From positions 133,116-197,115 of the forward strand of contig CAWAUY010000049.1 of assembly GCA_963785275.1 (NCBI GenBank): a stretch of DNA of 64,000 nucleotides, read 5' to 3'. Position numbers and translations under genes: made by a program. Below, one piece after another: positions 21,049 through 33,207 of the stretch. Positions within the stretch are counted from its first letter, which is position 1, and each line of letters starts with the position of its first letter. The notes under the pieces are model-generated. The model had not been told where the DNA came from. It saw only the letters and a program-made list of their open reading frames with translations, and ran no database searches. The stretch comes from Candidatus Sulfomarinibacteraceae bacterium. GTDB lineage: Bacteria > Acidobacteriota > Thermoanaerobaculia > Thermoanaerobaculales > Sulfomarinibacteraceae.

Positions 21049-22424
21049 AGCATCGGGTCGTCATTGTCGGCGGCGGCATCACCGGACTTTCCGCAGCCGC
21101 CTGGCTCGAAGAGGACCACGGTATCGACGACGTCGTCGTTGTCGAGGCCAGCGGCGCCGCCGGCGGCAAGATCCGTTCGCAGATCGACCACGGCTTCACC
21201 CTCGAGGAGGGGCCGCAGGGCTTTCTCGACAACGCCCCCGACACCCTCGAACTGGCCTCCCGTGTCGGGCTCGACGACGCCCTTGTGCAGGCCGATGAGA
21301 GCGCGGCCGATCGCTTCATTCTTCGCAGCGGACGCTTGCGACAGGTCGCCACCTCCCCGCTCGCTTTCATGGCGTCAGACATCCTCCCGCTGTCGGGCCG
21401 CTTGCGGCTTCTCGGAGAGCCCTTCGCACGAAAACGCCCCGACCACGATGAGACCGTCTTCGACTTTGCGCGACGTCGCATCGGTCCACAGGCTGCCGCG
21501 GTGCTGGTCGATGCCATGGTCACCGGTGTTTTTGCCGGGGACTCGCAGAAGCTGTCGCTGGCCGCCACTTTTCCAAAAATGGCGGCCATGGAGACTCAAC
21601 ACGGCTCGCTGACCCGCGCCATGTTCGCCAAGATGCGCGAGGCAAAACGGGCCGGAAAAACGACCGGCGGGCCGGCGGGCCCGGGCGGCAGGCTGACCAC
21701 CTTCGATGGAGGGATGGTGCGCCTGCCTCAGGAATTGAGTGCCCACCTCGGCGACCGGCTGCTGCTCGAGCGCCCGGTTCACGCGCTCTCCCGCAATGGA
21801 TCGGCCTTCGTGCTCGAAACCTCGGGCGGGAAAATCGCCGCCGACACCGTGCTGCTCAGCCTGCCCGCCGCGCAGACCGCCGATCTTGCGGCCGGGCTGG
21901 CCCCGGCCGCGGTTGCGCCGCTGTCTGCCATCACCACCGCTCCCATCGCCGTTGTCATGCTCGGCTACGACGATCGCGAGGCGTTTGGCCGCCCGGTTCG
22001 GGGCTTTGGCTTTCTCGTGCCGCGAGGCGAGGACGTGGATCTGCTCGGGACCTTGTATTGTCACGACATCTTCCCCGGCCAAGCCCCCGCGGACTCGCTG
22101 TTTCTCCGCGCCATGGTCGGCGGTGCCCGTTCGCCCGATGCGGCGGCTCTCGCTGACGATGCCCTATTGGCCACGGTGCGCTCGAGTCTTGCCCGCGTCT
22201 ACGGCGCCGATCCCGAACCCGACCGGGTGTGGATTGTTCGCTGGGAACACGGGATCTCACAGTACACGGTGGGCCACCTCGACCGGGTCGCGGCCGCGGA
22301 AGAGGCGGCGGCCGCAGCAGGCATCGAGCTCGCCGGGTCACCCTTTCGCGGGGTCTCCGTGAATGATTGCATCCGGCAGGCTCGAGCCGCCGCGCGACGC
22401 CTCGCGCAGCGGCTCGAACGCTGA
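21045..22424 (+). CDS. hemY: Protoporphyrinogen/coproporphyrinogen oxidase (HemY-type flavoprotein)
   Basis: VVIVGGGITGLSAA, GGKIRS, EEGPQGF, GVFAGD...LS, GFGFLVP, QYTVGH, GVSVNDCI. ATGA overlap with the M20 gene. Confidence 0.93.
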   Translation: MKHRVVIVGGGITGLSAAAWLEEDHGIDDVVVVEASGAAGGKIRSQIDHGFTLEEGPQGFLDNAPDTLELASRVGLDDALVQADESAADRFILRSGRLRQVATSPLAFMASDILPLSGRLRLLGEPFARKRPDHDETVFDFARRRIGPQAAAVLVDAMVTGVFAGDSQKLSLAATFPKMAAMETQHGSLTRAMFAKMREAKRAGKTTGGPAGPGGRLTTFDGGMVRLPQELSAHLGDRLLLERPVHALSRNGSAFVLETSGGKIAADTVLLSLPAAQTADLAAGLAPAAVAPLSAITTAPIAVVMLGYDDREAFGRPVRGFGFLVPRGEDVDLLGTLYCHDIFPGQAPADSLFLRAMVGGARSPDAAALADDALLATVRSSLARVYGADPEPDRVWIVRWEHGISQYTVGHLDRVAAAEEAAAAAGIELAGSPFRGVSVNDCIRQARAAARRLAQRLER

Positions 22425-22524
22425 ATTCTCAATTTTGAATTCTCAATTTTAAATTTCGGACATCCGAGCGGGCAAGGGGAATACTGCCCGTCATTCAAAA
22501 TTCAAAATTCAGAATTTAGAATTT
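22423..22524. repeat. Inverted pair of heptamer arrays between convergent hemY and UbiA genes
   Basis: gaattct caatttt gaattct caatttt aaattt ... attcaaa attcaaa attcaga atttaga attt. Confidence 0.8.
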
Positions 22525-23384
22525 CCGATGACCACTGCTGACACGATGAGCCAGACAACGACGCAGATCAGCAGCGGGCGGTCGGTCATGAGCGCTCTGG
22601 TAGGGCTGCCGCCGAGTTCGTGCCGGTGGAGCAGGTAGAGATAGCGGAAAAGACCGTACAGCACGATGGGAACTGTCGCCAGCAGACCCTCTGACCCCAC
22701 CTTGGCAACCGTGTCAGGCGCGACGGTATAGAGAGCGTAGGCAAGCACGGTGGCGCCGAGGACCACGCTGATGGCGCTGTCCACCATCGGCAGCGTGTAG
22801 TGTCCGAGCACCGTGCGGTGGTTGCCCGCCTCGTCGCCGAGCAGCACGAGCTCGGTCCGGCGCTTGCCCAGGGCGAGATACAGGGCCAGGAGATAGGCAA
22901 CTACCAGGATCCACCTCGATACCGGCACATTGATGGCGACCGCTCCGCCCACCACCCGCAGCACAAAACCGGCCGCCACCACCAGGACATCGAGAAAGAC
23001 TGCACGTTTCAGCAGCACCGAATACAAGATCACCAGGGCCACGTAGGCGATCAGAATCACCGGGAACCAGCCGCCGAGCCAGAGGGCGATGGCCATCGCC
23101 ACCGCCACCAGGGCCACCGCGGTCGAGAGAGCAGCCGCAACCGACACCTCGCCGGCCGCAATCGGGCGGCTTTGTTTTTCTGGGTGGGCGCGATCGGCCT
23201 CCCGGTCAATCACGTCGTTGACGAGGTAGGTGGCTGACGATGCGGCGCAGAATGCCGCCACCGCAAGGATGCTTCGCAGCCAGGCTTCGGGATCGCCGAT
23301 GAGTCCAGAAAAAACGATCGGCGCCAGCACAAAGCCGTTTTTGAGCCACTGTTCGGGCCGCATGGAGCGGATGAGGGCTTTCAC
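22509..23384 (-). CDS. UbiA-family prenyltransferase (decaprenyl-phosphate phosphoribosyltransferase-like)
   Basis: MRPEQWLKN, YLVNDVID.EADR.HP.K..RPIA.G, GKRR.EL, YGLFRY, multiple TM helices. Confidence 0.9.
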   Translation of the reverse strand: MKALIRSMRPEQWLKNGFVLAPIVFSGLIGDPEAWLRSILAVAAFCAASSATYLVNDVIDREADRAHPEKQSRPIAAGEVSVAAALSTAVALVAVAMAIALWLGGWFPVILIAYVALVILYSVLLKRAVFLDVLVVAAGFVLRVVGGAVAINVPVSRWILVVAYLLALYLALGKRRTELVLLGDEAGNHRTVLGHYTLPMVDSAISVVLGATVLAYALYTVAPDTVAKVGSEGLLATVPIVLYGLFRYLYLLHRHELGGSPTRALMTDRPLLICVVVWLIVSAVVIGNSKF

Positions 23385-23516
23385 AGGTCCATTCTATCCT
23401 CTGCTCTCCCGTCGCCGGCGCACGCCGGCGAGATCTCATGAGCATGGTGGAGCGTCCCAGGTCCTGCAGGTACTGGGAATGGGCTGAATCAGAGACACAC
23501 TCCCTCAAACCCTGGG

Positions 23517-23558
23517 ATTTCGACCGAACGAGAGAAACGAGCGAGTGGAGAAATCTCT
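23517..23558 (+). repeat. REP-like repeat (ATTTCGACCGA...GAGTGGAGAAATCTCT)
   Basis: Reverse-complement homolog of 14179-14218 and 55895-55967. Confidence 0.7.
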
Positions 23559-23631
23559 GCCGGCTCCTTTTGAAGCTCAGCTGGCGGAACTCTCTGAACC
23601 GTAGGACAATTTGAACCCCGGGGAGGAGAGG

Positions 23632-24780
23632 ATGCGTCGTTTCACACTTCCGCTGATGGTTCTGCTCTGTCTTCCGCTCGTCGGATGCTACGACGAACCG
23701 GTCAGCGAACACGTCCATCTGTGGCTGACCGGTCCGGGTCTCACCGTCGTGACCGTGGTCCAGGAAGTTGCGGAGCCCGATCGGGCACAGTCGAATGAAA
23801 ACCTCGCCGACCGGCTCGAATCATCGCGATCTGAGATCGACAGCGGACTCGATCGCTGGAGCCGACGTTTCAACCTCATCGACATGATGGCCGAGCGCCT
23901 CAACACTGAACGCATCCACGGCGGTCTGAGGCGATCGATCCACACCGCCGCGACCACGTCATTCGAGGAGATCATGCCCATGCTCGAGGCCGACGGGTTG
24001 ACCGGTGGCATCGTGTCCGCGGGCGGCGACGCGGAACTCACGCTCTTCCCGACCGGGGGATCGCGCGCGACCGCCCTCCAACGCCAGGCCGCAGAGCGCC
24101 GCCTCTCCGATTGGAGCACCCTGGTCGCCGAGTACTTCGAGGCTCTCATCGAGCTCTACGAATATCTCGATGCCAGGCCCGACCGCACAATGCCTTGTTT
24201 CGCCCACATCTTCGACGACCACGAAGGGCATGGCCAGACCGGACCGCTGACCGAATTCGAGGGCGACATGGTCACTGCGGTCAAGACATCAATGGAGAAC
24301 GTCGCCGACGCGCTCGCCGAACCGAAGGACGAGGCCTTTTCGCTCAACAGCCTCACGCGTCTGGTCTACGACCCCTTTCCCGCCCGCCTGACGGTGGTGG
24401 TCAAAGGAGGGGTGCTCGAGAGCGAAGGTTTTGTCGACACCGGAGGGGTGTTCGAACGACCGCCGGTCGATGCCTGGAGGGCCCTCGAGTCGCTGGTCGA
24501 TCGCTGGGTTGCGCCCGACCTGGTCACCGCCGCCTTTGCTCCGGTCCCGTTGGACGAGCTGCCCGAAGTCGACCTCGAACAGCTGATGCGACGCCCCCGC
24601 CGCTATACGTCGCCACCCGCCGCCTTCGAGGTCGAAAGGGCCTTGTTGGACGAGCTGGTGCCCGAGGAAATGCTGCGAATCCGGTGGCGTCCGGTGCCCT
24701 CGTCAGGCCCGGAATTTGGCGATGCCGAACCAAACTGGTCGGCTGTGATGACCGGGGCGGAGGCCTCGGTGCCAGATTGA
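23632..24780 (+). CDS. Hypothetical lipoprotein
   Basis: GGAGAGAGG SD, signal MRRFTLPLMVLLCLPLVGC (lipobox LVGC), 382 aa ORF with typical codon usage, no family recognised. Confidence 0.7.
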   Translation: MRRFTLPLMVLLCLPLVGCYDEPVSEHVHLWLTGPGLTVVTVVQEVAEPDRAQSNENLADRLESSRSEIDSGLDRWSRRFNLIDMMAERLNTERIHGGLRRSIHTAATTSFEEIMPMLEADGLTGGIVSAGGDAELTLFPTGGSRATALQRQAAERRLSDWSTLVAEYFEALIELYEYLDARPDRTMPCFAHIFDDHEGHGQTGPLTEFEGDMVTAVKTSMENVADALAEPKDEAFSLNSLTRLVYDPFPARLTVVVKGGVLESEGFVDTGGVFERPPVDAWRALESLVDRWVAPDLVTAAFAPVPLDELPEVDLEQLMRRPRRYTSPPAAFEVERALLDELVPEEMLRIRWRPVPSSGPEFGDAEPNWSAVMTGAEASVPD

Positions 24781-25199
24781 TACTTCTTGATCAACGCCAC
24801 AGCCTGATGGGCGACATAGGCGGCGATCCACAGCAGGGAAGCCGCGACGTGGACCCAGATCCACCGCTCACGCCACGGCTCGCTCACCGCCACCTGCACC
24901 AGATAGCCCGACGCGGTCATCGGCAGAAAGAGGACTGTAAGTCCGATGCCTGCGGCGCGGTTGTGGCGGCCATTGCGAAGCTTGGCCGCGATGTGTCCGC
25001 TCCAGATCAGACCGACGGCAAAGACGAGCAGAGGCGCCGCGATGACGTGGAGGTGCTGGATGTGGGGCTGCCAGGGGTGGTTGACCACCGCCCACTCGTC
25101 GGTGGGCGTCATCAGATAGCTCATCCAGGCGTAGACCAGCCCGGTTCCTGAAACTGCCAGATTTGCGGTCTGGAGCAGAATCAACTGGAAACGCGTCAC
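24603..25199 (-). CDS. Four-TM His-rich membrane protein (cytochrome b / DUF4405-like)
   Basis: Four hydrophobic segments with His pairs H-x17-H (HVIAAPLLVFAVGLIWSGH) and H-x13-H (HVAASLLWIAAYVAH). The last ~60 codons overlap the convergent lipoprotein and may be spurious. Confidence 0.65.
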   Translation of the reverse strand: MTRFQLILLQTANLAVSGTGLVYAWMSYLMTPTDEWAVVNHPWQPHIQHLHVIAAPLLVFAVGLIWSGHIAAKLRNGRHNRAAGIGLTVLFLPMTASGYLVQVAVSEPWRERWIWVHVAASLLWIAAYVAHQAVALIKKYQSGTEASAPVITADQFGSASPNSGPDEGTGRHRIRSISSGTSSSNKALSTSKAAGGDV

Positions 25200-25738
25200 G
25201 GGGCCCCACCTTCGGAGACGACCTCGTGAATCGATAGAACCCTGCGTACGGCATCGGTGGTGGCGCGGGCGGTGAGCGTGGCGCCGGTCACGGGCCGGAT
25301 GCCACGTTCGAGGACCAGATCATCGTCCAGATCCTCGCCGTCGTACTGGCGATACCACCCTTCCCGGGGCATGTATTCCACCGGTTCGCGGAAGACCACC
25401 ACCTCCACCCGCGCCACGGTGTTGTCGGTGGCGACCACGATCATCAAGGTCTCCGGCAGGGTCCGCACACGGTGGGTATCGAGGTAGGCGTGGCCGACGA
25501 CCGCGCCGTCACTACCCGTGGCGACATACCTGGTCACCAGGGCACTCGAGAATTCGGTCCCGCTGATCTCAGCGACATGGCTGAGCTGGTCATCGGTGAG
25601 GAACAGGGTCTCCCTGACGGTCTTCGCCCCCGGGAAAGCGAGTTCGAGAGCTTCCTCGACCGACACCAGCACCGTCGCCTCCATCATTGACGCGGCGGCA
25701 ACGACGACCAATGCCAGTGACGGTTTGAGAATCTTCAC
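25196..25738 (-). CDS. Extracytoplasmic FMN-binding (flavinylated) protein
   Basis: Signal peptide, ALELAFPGA, HRVRT.PET, VFREP.EY, flavinylation motif PVTGATLT ([S/T]GA[S/T]). Confidence 0.85.
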   Translation of the reverse strand: MKILKPSLALVVVAAASMMEATVLVSVEEALELAFPGAKTVRETLFLTDDQLSHVAEISGTEFSSALVTRYVATGSDGAVVGHAYLDTHRVRTLPETLMIVVATDNTVARVEVVVFREPVEYMPREGWYRQYDGEDLDDDLVLERGIRPVTGATLTARATTDAVRRVLSIHEVVSEGGAP

Positions 25739-25748
25739 GACACCGACC

Positions 25749-27123
25749 TCAAAAGATGTAGCCCAGCGCGAGGTTGAACTGGTCGACGCCGGTGCCCGCC
25801 TTGTTGTCGACATTCAGATACTCGGCCTTGAAGATCAACTGCGAGATCGGCTGATAGGCGAGACCCAACGTCAGAAGCTTCTGGTCGTTGGCCGGGTCGG
25901 CGCTCCAACCAACGGGAACCTCCTGCTGGGTGTTGAGCCGTTCCCACCGCACGTAGGGGATCAGTGAGCTCGCGTTTCTGCCCGCAAGGACGTCGTAGCC
26001 GGCTTCGAGATAACCACCTTCGAGTTTCTCGCCCACCGACTGGGCACCCGAATAACCGAGTGCCTGATTGAGCTGTGCCACGTCGTCCAGCGTCGCCTGC
26101 GAAAAGAGACCCCGGAGCCTGAGGCCCCGGAAACGGTACTCGGCGTGGAGATCGACGATGCTGGTGCCGACCGGAATCGATTGACCAACGGTGTCCGCCA
26201 GATTCTGGCCCGAGTCTCCGATGTAGCCTGCAGCGCCGACGATCAGTCCGGGGACACCCGAATAATCGAGACGACCGACCCAGGCGAAGTCCTCCGCCTT
26301 GGCCTTGGCGCCCTTCTGACGGCCGCCACGCAGACCCTGGGCGCTAAAGCCCGACGCATCGAGACCGTTGACGACGTACGTTCGGTAGTTGAAGGCCCCG
26401 AACTCACCCCAAGCGCCGATACCATTCTCCCTCCAGGTGGTCGGGATGATCACGCTTTCGGTTCTCGGCCGGGTAGCACCGAGATAGACGGTGGGTTCGT
26501 GGAGCTCGTTGAGCCACCCCATGGGCAGCAGGACGAGACCGGTGCGGAGGTTGAAGCCGTCGCTGATGGAGGTAGTCGAGGTAGGCAAACTCCACCGACA
26601 CCGATCCGCCCTCCGAAGTCGAGGCGTGCTCGAACTCGATCTCGGTGTTGAGCACCCAACTCTCGGAAAATTTGTAACCGACGTAGAGCACGGCCCGGAG
26701 GAAATCGAACTGATCGATCTTGCCGCTCGCGTTGCCGTCGTCCTTTTCGTCGTCGTAGAGCTGGAGCAGCGCTTCGCCATAGCCGCCGATCGAGACCCCG
26801 TGGTCCTTTCTGGTAGACCTTGGCAGCTGCAGGGCCGAGGCCGAAAGGCTCCCCGCTCTCGGCCGTCATCGCCACGACTGCTGCATCACCAACCTTGAGA
26901 TCTTCGATCTCTTCGGCCAACAGACCCAGCCGCCTTTCCACCTCGGCCAACCGGTCCTCTGCGAGACCCAGGTTGCGCGCAGTTCGGCGATCGCGGCCTT
27001 CAGTTCGGCAACCTCACGCTCGAGCGCCTGCAACCTTTCTTCGTCATCATCTGCAGCCGCAACCGGCGCCGCGACCCAGAAAACGCGCATGATCATTACG
27101 AGAACGAATCTGTTTCTCAGCAT
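25749..27123 (-). CDS. Outer-membrane porin with N-terminal coiled coil (frameshifted)
   Basis: Signal peptide, coiled coil ERLQALEREVAELK, beta-strands LYVGYKF..NTEIEFEHA..VEFAYLDY, NELHEPT, IIPTTWRENG, C-terminal barrel signature LGYIF. Confidence 0.82.
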
Positions 27124-27190
27124 TTTGTCGTCTCCGAACCATCATCGTGCCTTCCCTCGCGGCTACGTACTCCACGACGCCCGCTTGGAG

Positions 27191-28234
27191 TTATTGAACG
27201 ATTGATCGAGCCGGTACAGCGGCATCCGAGAGTCGCAGACGAGGCCCGCAGTGCCGCATCGGTCGAGCGAAGACTGAGGTTCCTCCCCTTCGACGACGGC
27301 AAACACCGCTCAGCAGATCGGTGCGCCGCCCGGCCCACTCGAGCCCGCGTTCCGGACCCATCACAAAGAGCGCTGTCGCCAGGCAATCAGCAGCCACCGG
27401 ATCGTCCGCAATCACGGTCACGCTGCCCCAGTTCGAGCGCCGGTCGGCCCGTGGCGCGGGTCCACGATGTGGCCCAGAATCTCGACCATCGACCGCAGAC
27501 GAATCTCTCCGACGCCCCCGATGTCGCGACCGACCCCGAACGCAGGACAAGCTCAGCGACCACGTGGTCACGTCGGCGTGGGTCGGCGATGCCGATCGAT
27601 GCGCTCCCCGCACGCTCCGTTGAGCAGGAACTGGCCACCGAAGTCGAGATCGACGCACGCGGCGCCCGCCGCCAGCGCCGCAGCCGCGGCATCACGCAGG
27701 GCAATCCCCTTACCAAAACCGCCCTCCTCGATTCCAAACTCCGCCATCAACTCTTCGCGCGAGGTTGCCTCGCCAGTTCGAGATGGATCCAAAGCCTGCC
27801 GAACCGCCGCGCCCGTTCGAGGCTCAGCGACGCTCGGAATCCGGCCATCGCCGCGCAGGTCCCAGGCCGCGAACCAGGCTTGCAACTCCTGGATCGAATG
27901 CGCCCCCGGTTTCGCGCCACCAGTGACGGGCGACCTCGAGATCGCTCGCAAGTTCTGGTGTGATACGTGATCCAGGTTCCCGCCGGGCTGCGATTGAGCC
28001 TTCGAGCTCTGTTCCCGGACGCCAGGTGGAGAACCGCGCATTCGACCGCCGCAACCGCGTCGAGTGCGGACTCAGAGGCCGCAAGGGCGGTCGTTCGGTC
28101 GCAGGCCGACAACCGCGACGGCGGAGCCGCGTCCCCATGGCAGACACGTCCCGCGTGACGGTCGCTGCTGAGGCGGCGAAGCACTGGCCGACGGCTGTAC
28201 CAAGAGCACAGCAGAGCAACAAGTCAGTCGCCAT
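27191..28234 (-). CDS. apbE: FAD:protein FMN transferase ApbE (multiple frameshifts; 3' end approximate)
   Basis: AMGT, TGGAFDP.V, GGFGKGIA, DFGGQ, SVATSG, SVTVIA..P..ADCLATALFVMG in successive frames. Confidence 0.85.
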
Positions 28235-28299
28235 CCCGCAGCCGTCTTGAAAAAACTGAACCAGGCCTGAATGCCCTACCCACCGTCACTGTTGAATAC

Positions 28300-28460
28300 C
28301 TGTGCTGCATCCGAAACATATAAAGCACAAACTAATGAATAATAAGAACTTACATGATAATTTTGTCAACATCATTTAACATCACCAGAACAGACGTGAT
28401 CTTCTCAAGAAACTCCAACTGGATAATGGACCAGGAATCGTTTCTGTTACATTGTCCTGA
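28300..28460. promoter_or_regulatory. AT-rich divergent promoter region between apbE and acs
   Basis: Marked AT enrichment. Minus-strand TTGACA at 28364-28369 with TATTAT 19 bp downstream. Confidence 0.45.
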
Positions 28461-28489
28461 GACCACATCAACCGGGAGAAGAACACAGC

Positions 28490-30462
<1,973 letters not shown>

Positions 30463-30507
30463 TCGCTGCGACCGGCAAATATCTAAAAGTAAGATCAGTT
30501 ATCAAAT

Positions 30508-30536
30508 TTGACAAAGCCCAGTTCCGCGCCCAAAAT
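30508..30536 (+). promoter_or_regulatory. sigma70 promoter of the DtxR-like gene (likely leaderless)
   Basis: TTGACA 30508-30513, 17 bp, CAAAAT 30531-30536, GTG 7 nt later. Confidence 0.6.
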
Positions 30537-30543
30537 TGACGGC

Positions 30544-31104
30544 GTGAGTGATTACGAAAAGGTCTGGCGCGCCTTCGACGACAACGAGGTGACGCACTCT
30601 ACGGCCCACTACATCCTGGCCGTCGCCTCGTTGGCGGAGCGAGGGAGCCGCCCCCGGGCGGCCGATGTGGCGCGCCAGCTCGGGGTGTCGCGGGCCGCAG
30701 TCTCGATGCAGCTCAAGACCCTCCGCGAGCACGACCTTGTGAGGGTCGCACAGGACAACCGGCTCAGCCTGAGCCGCCACGGCGCCGATCTGGTGGCTCG
30801 AATCGCATCGAAACGCAAGGTGTTCAAGGCCTTTCTTCACGAGGTGCTTGGCGTCGACCCAAAGGTGGCAGAACAAGACGCCTGCAAGATCGAGCACCTG
30901 GTTTCCGAGGAGTCGGGCGCCGCGCTGGTGCGTTTTATCCGCTTTCTCAACTCTGAGGATCACGTCTCGACCGATTTTGTCGATCGGTTCAAAACCGCAA
31001 CGGCCGACTGCCCGCCCGAGACCACCTGCCCCCTGTGCCGCGAGGTGTGTCTGCTCCAGTTGGCAGCAGAGGACCAACCGCCGGGAATTCCGAGGCAAAA
31101 ATAA
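30544..31104 (+). CDS. DtxR/MntR-family metal-dependent transcriptional regulator
   Basis: HTH RAADVARQLGVSRAAVS, dimerisation and metal segment FLHEVLGVD..AEQDACKIEH..S, Cys-rich tail. Confidence 0.88.
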   Translation: MSDYEKVWRAFDDNEVTHSTAHYILAVASLAERGSRPRAADVARQLGVSRAAVSMQLKTLREHDLVRVAQDNRLSLSRHGADLVARIASKRKVFKAFLHEVLGVDPKVAEQDACKIEHLVSEESGAALVRFIRFLNSEDHVSTDFVDRFKTATADCPPETTCPLCREVCLLQLAAEDQPPGIPRQK

Positions 31105-31198
31105 TCGAGTCGCACATCTCGATGGAAACCGGGTGGGAAAACCGCCGGGAGCCGGGGTAGGATTGACTCACGCGGTGTGATGACAGCACCGGGATGGG

Positions 31199-33207
31199 AT
31201 GAACATGGCACATGGCGGTGGCCCTCCGACCTTTGATGATCTGCCACGGATAACCGAGGCCTTTCCACCCGCCTCTCTCGAGGCGTGGAAGTCGGCGGCT
31301 CAACGCACCCTCGGCCCGCGACCGCTCGCATCACTCACCGCTGCCAGCCACGAAGGCATCCCGATCAAGCCCCTCTATACGGCCGAGAGACCTTCCCTCG
31401 GACACAGCCAAGATCAGGGCTCAGCACGGCGGGTCCTGGGAAGCCTGTTCGATCGTCGATCTCAGGGGACCGGAGACCGCCGTCGGCGAGGCCGCTACCG
31501 CGGTCGACGGCGGCGCCTCGGCACTGTGGCTGACCGTCGACCGCAGAAGCAGTTCGTGGTCCCGGTTCACCGCGGGGATGATGACCCGCATTCTCGAAGC
31601 GGCGCGCGGCGCATCGATCTATCTCGACGGGCGGACCGTCACACCCGCCCTGGCGGCGGTGATGGCAGCGTCGGCTCGGCGGATCGGCGACCCGGCCAAG
31701 GACCTTCGCGGAGGGTTCGATTTCGACCCCCTCGGGACCATCGCCTCCGACGGGAACCTGCCGTGGAACCTCGAAGCCTGTTTCTGGCTGATGTCGGAGA
31801 TGGTGGTGTGGAGCGAAGAGCAGGCGCCCGGGATGCGGGCGATTGCCGTCTCCACCCTCCCCTACGCCCGCAGCGGCGCCACGGCGGTGCAGGAGCTCGC
31901 CATCGCGATGGCCACCGGCGTCGAGTATCTGCGGCGGCTCGAAATCGCCGGTATCGGCCCGGATCGAGCCTGCCGCCGTATCCGGCTGGTCCTTTGCGGT
32001 CGGGCGCGACCTCTTCATGGAGGTGGCAAAGCTCGGGCGGCGCGCCTGTTGTGGGCGCGGATCGCCCAGGCCTGCGGATTGCCGGCGGTCGACCGCGGCA
32101 TCTCGATCCACGCCGTGACCTCGCCGCGCTGCCTGACTGCCCGCGACCCCTGGGTCAACATGCTGCGCGGCACAACCGAGGCCTATGCAGCGGTGGTCGG
32201 ATGCGCCGACGTCGTCACCGTGTTGCCCTTCGATGCGGCCCTCGGCGCCCCGGACGAACTCGGGCGCCGCATGGCGATCAACACCCAGAACATCCTGCGC
32301 GAAGAGTGCCACCTCGACAAGGTCCGCGATCCCGGCCGAGCGGGAGCTACTTCATCGAGAGACTGACCCACGACCTCGCGGCCGCCGCCTGGGATCGGTT
32401 CCAGCGCATCGAGATCGCCGGCGGGATGGCGAACCAGGTCCGATCCGGCGCCATCGCCCGCGAGCTTGGCGAGACCCTGGCCGAGAAACGGCGCGACCTC
32501 GCTCAGCCGGCGCGACCTCGTGACCGGCGTCAGTTCCTACCCGAACCTCGAGGAGAAAATGCCGACCCGGCGCCGCAGCGATCGCGGCAAACGACCGCTG
32601 CCGGACGACGAGTCAACGGCCGTTCATCGTGCCATCGGGAGCTCGAGCGTTTCGTTCGAAGGTGCGATCGACAACGCTTCCGAGGGTGTCTCCGTACGCG
32701 ATCTGCATCGAACTGTTTGCCGGCCACGACGAGCCGGCACGGATGGCCGCCCTGCCGGCGGAACGGGAGGCCGTGGCGTTCGAAGCTTGCGCGACGCCTC
32801 TGATAAAAAGCTCCACAAGACAGGGGCCACGACCGCACGCCTTCCTGGCCGCCGTTGGATCAACCGTCGGACCACGGTTGGGATGTCGCCTCCGTCGTCA
32901 ACCTACTGGCCGCGGGCGGCGTCACCGCGGTGCGCGGCGAAGGCCTCGGCGGCGTCGAGCCGATTCGATCGCCGCCTACGAGGCCAGCGGCAGCCGCACC
33001 TCGGTGCTGTGCGCTCCCGATGAGTTGATTCCGGAACTGGCCCGCACCATCAAGAGCCGCGGCGCCCACCGGGTCCTGGTGGCCGGACGACCGGGGCCGG
33101 AGGAGGACTCGTTGCGCATCGAAGGGGTCGACGGATACCTCTTTGAAGGCTGTGACGCGATTGCGCTGTCTGATGGACATCCAAGAGGTGGAGGGGGTGC
33201 GCCGTGA
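31199..33207 (+). CDS. mutA: Methylmalonyl-CoA mutase small subunit (frameshifted)
   Basis: [82 protein letters not shown] overlap with the large subunit. Confidence 0.88.

Noticed and set aside
24603-24780. Genuine 178-bp convergent gene overlap
   Set aside because: The tail after the fourth TM helix looks like read-through into the antisense of the lipoprotein and may reflect a lost or mis-sequenced stop.
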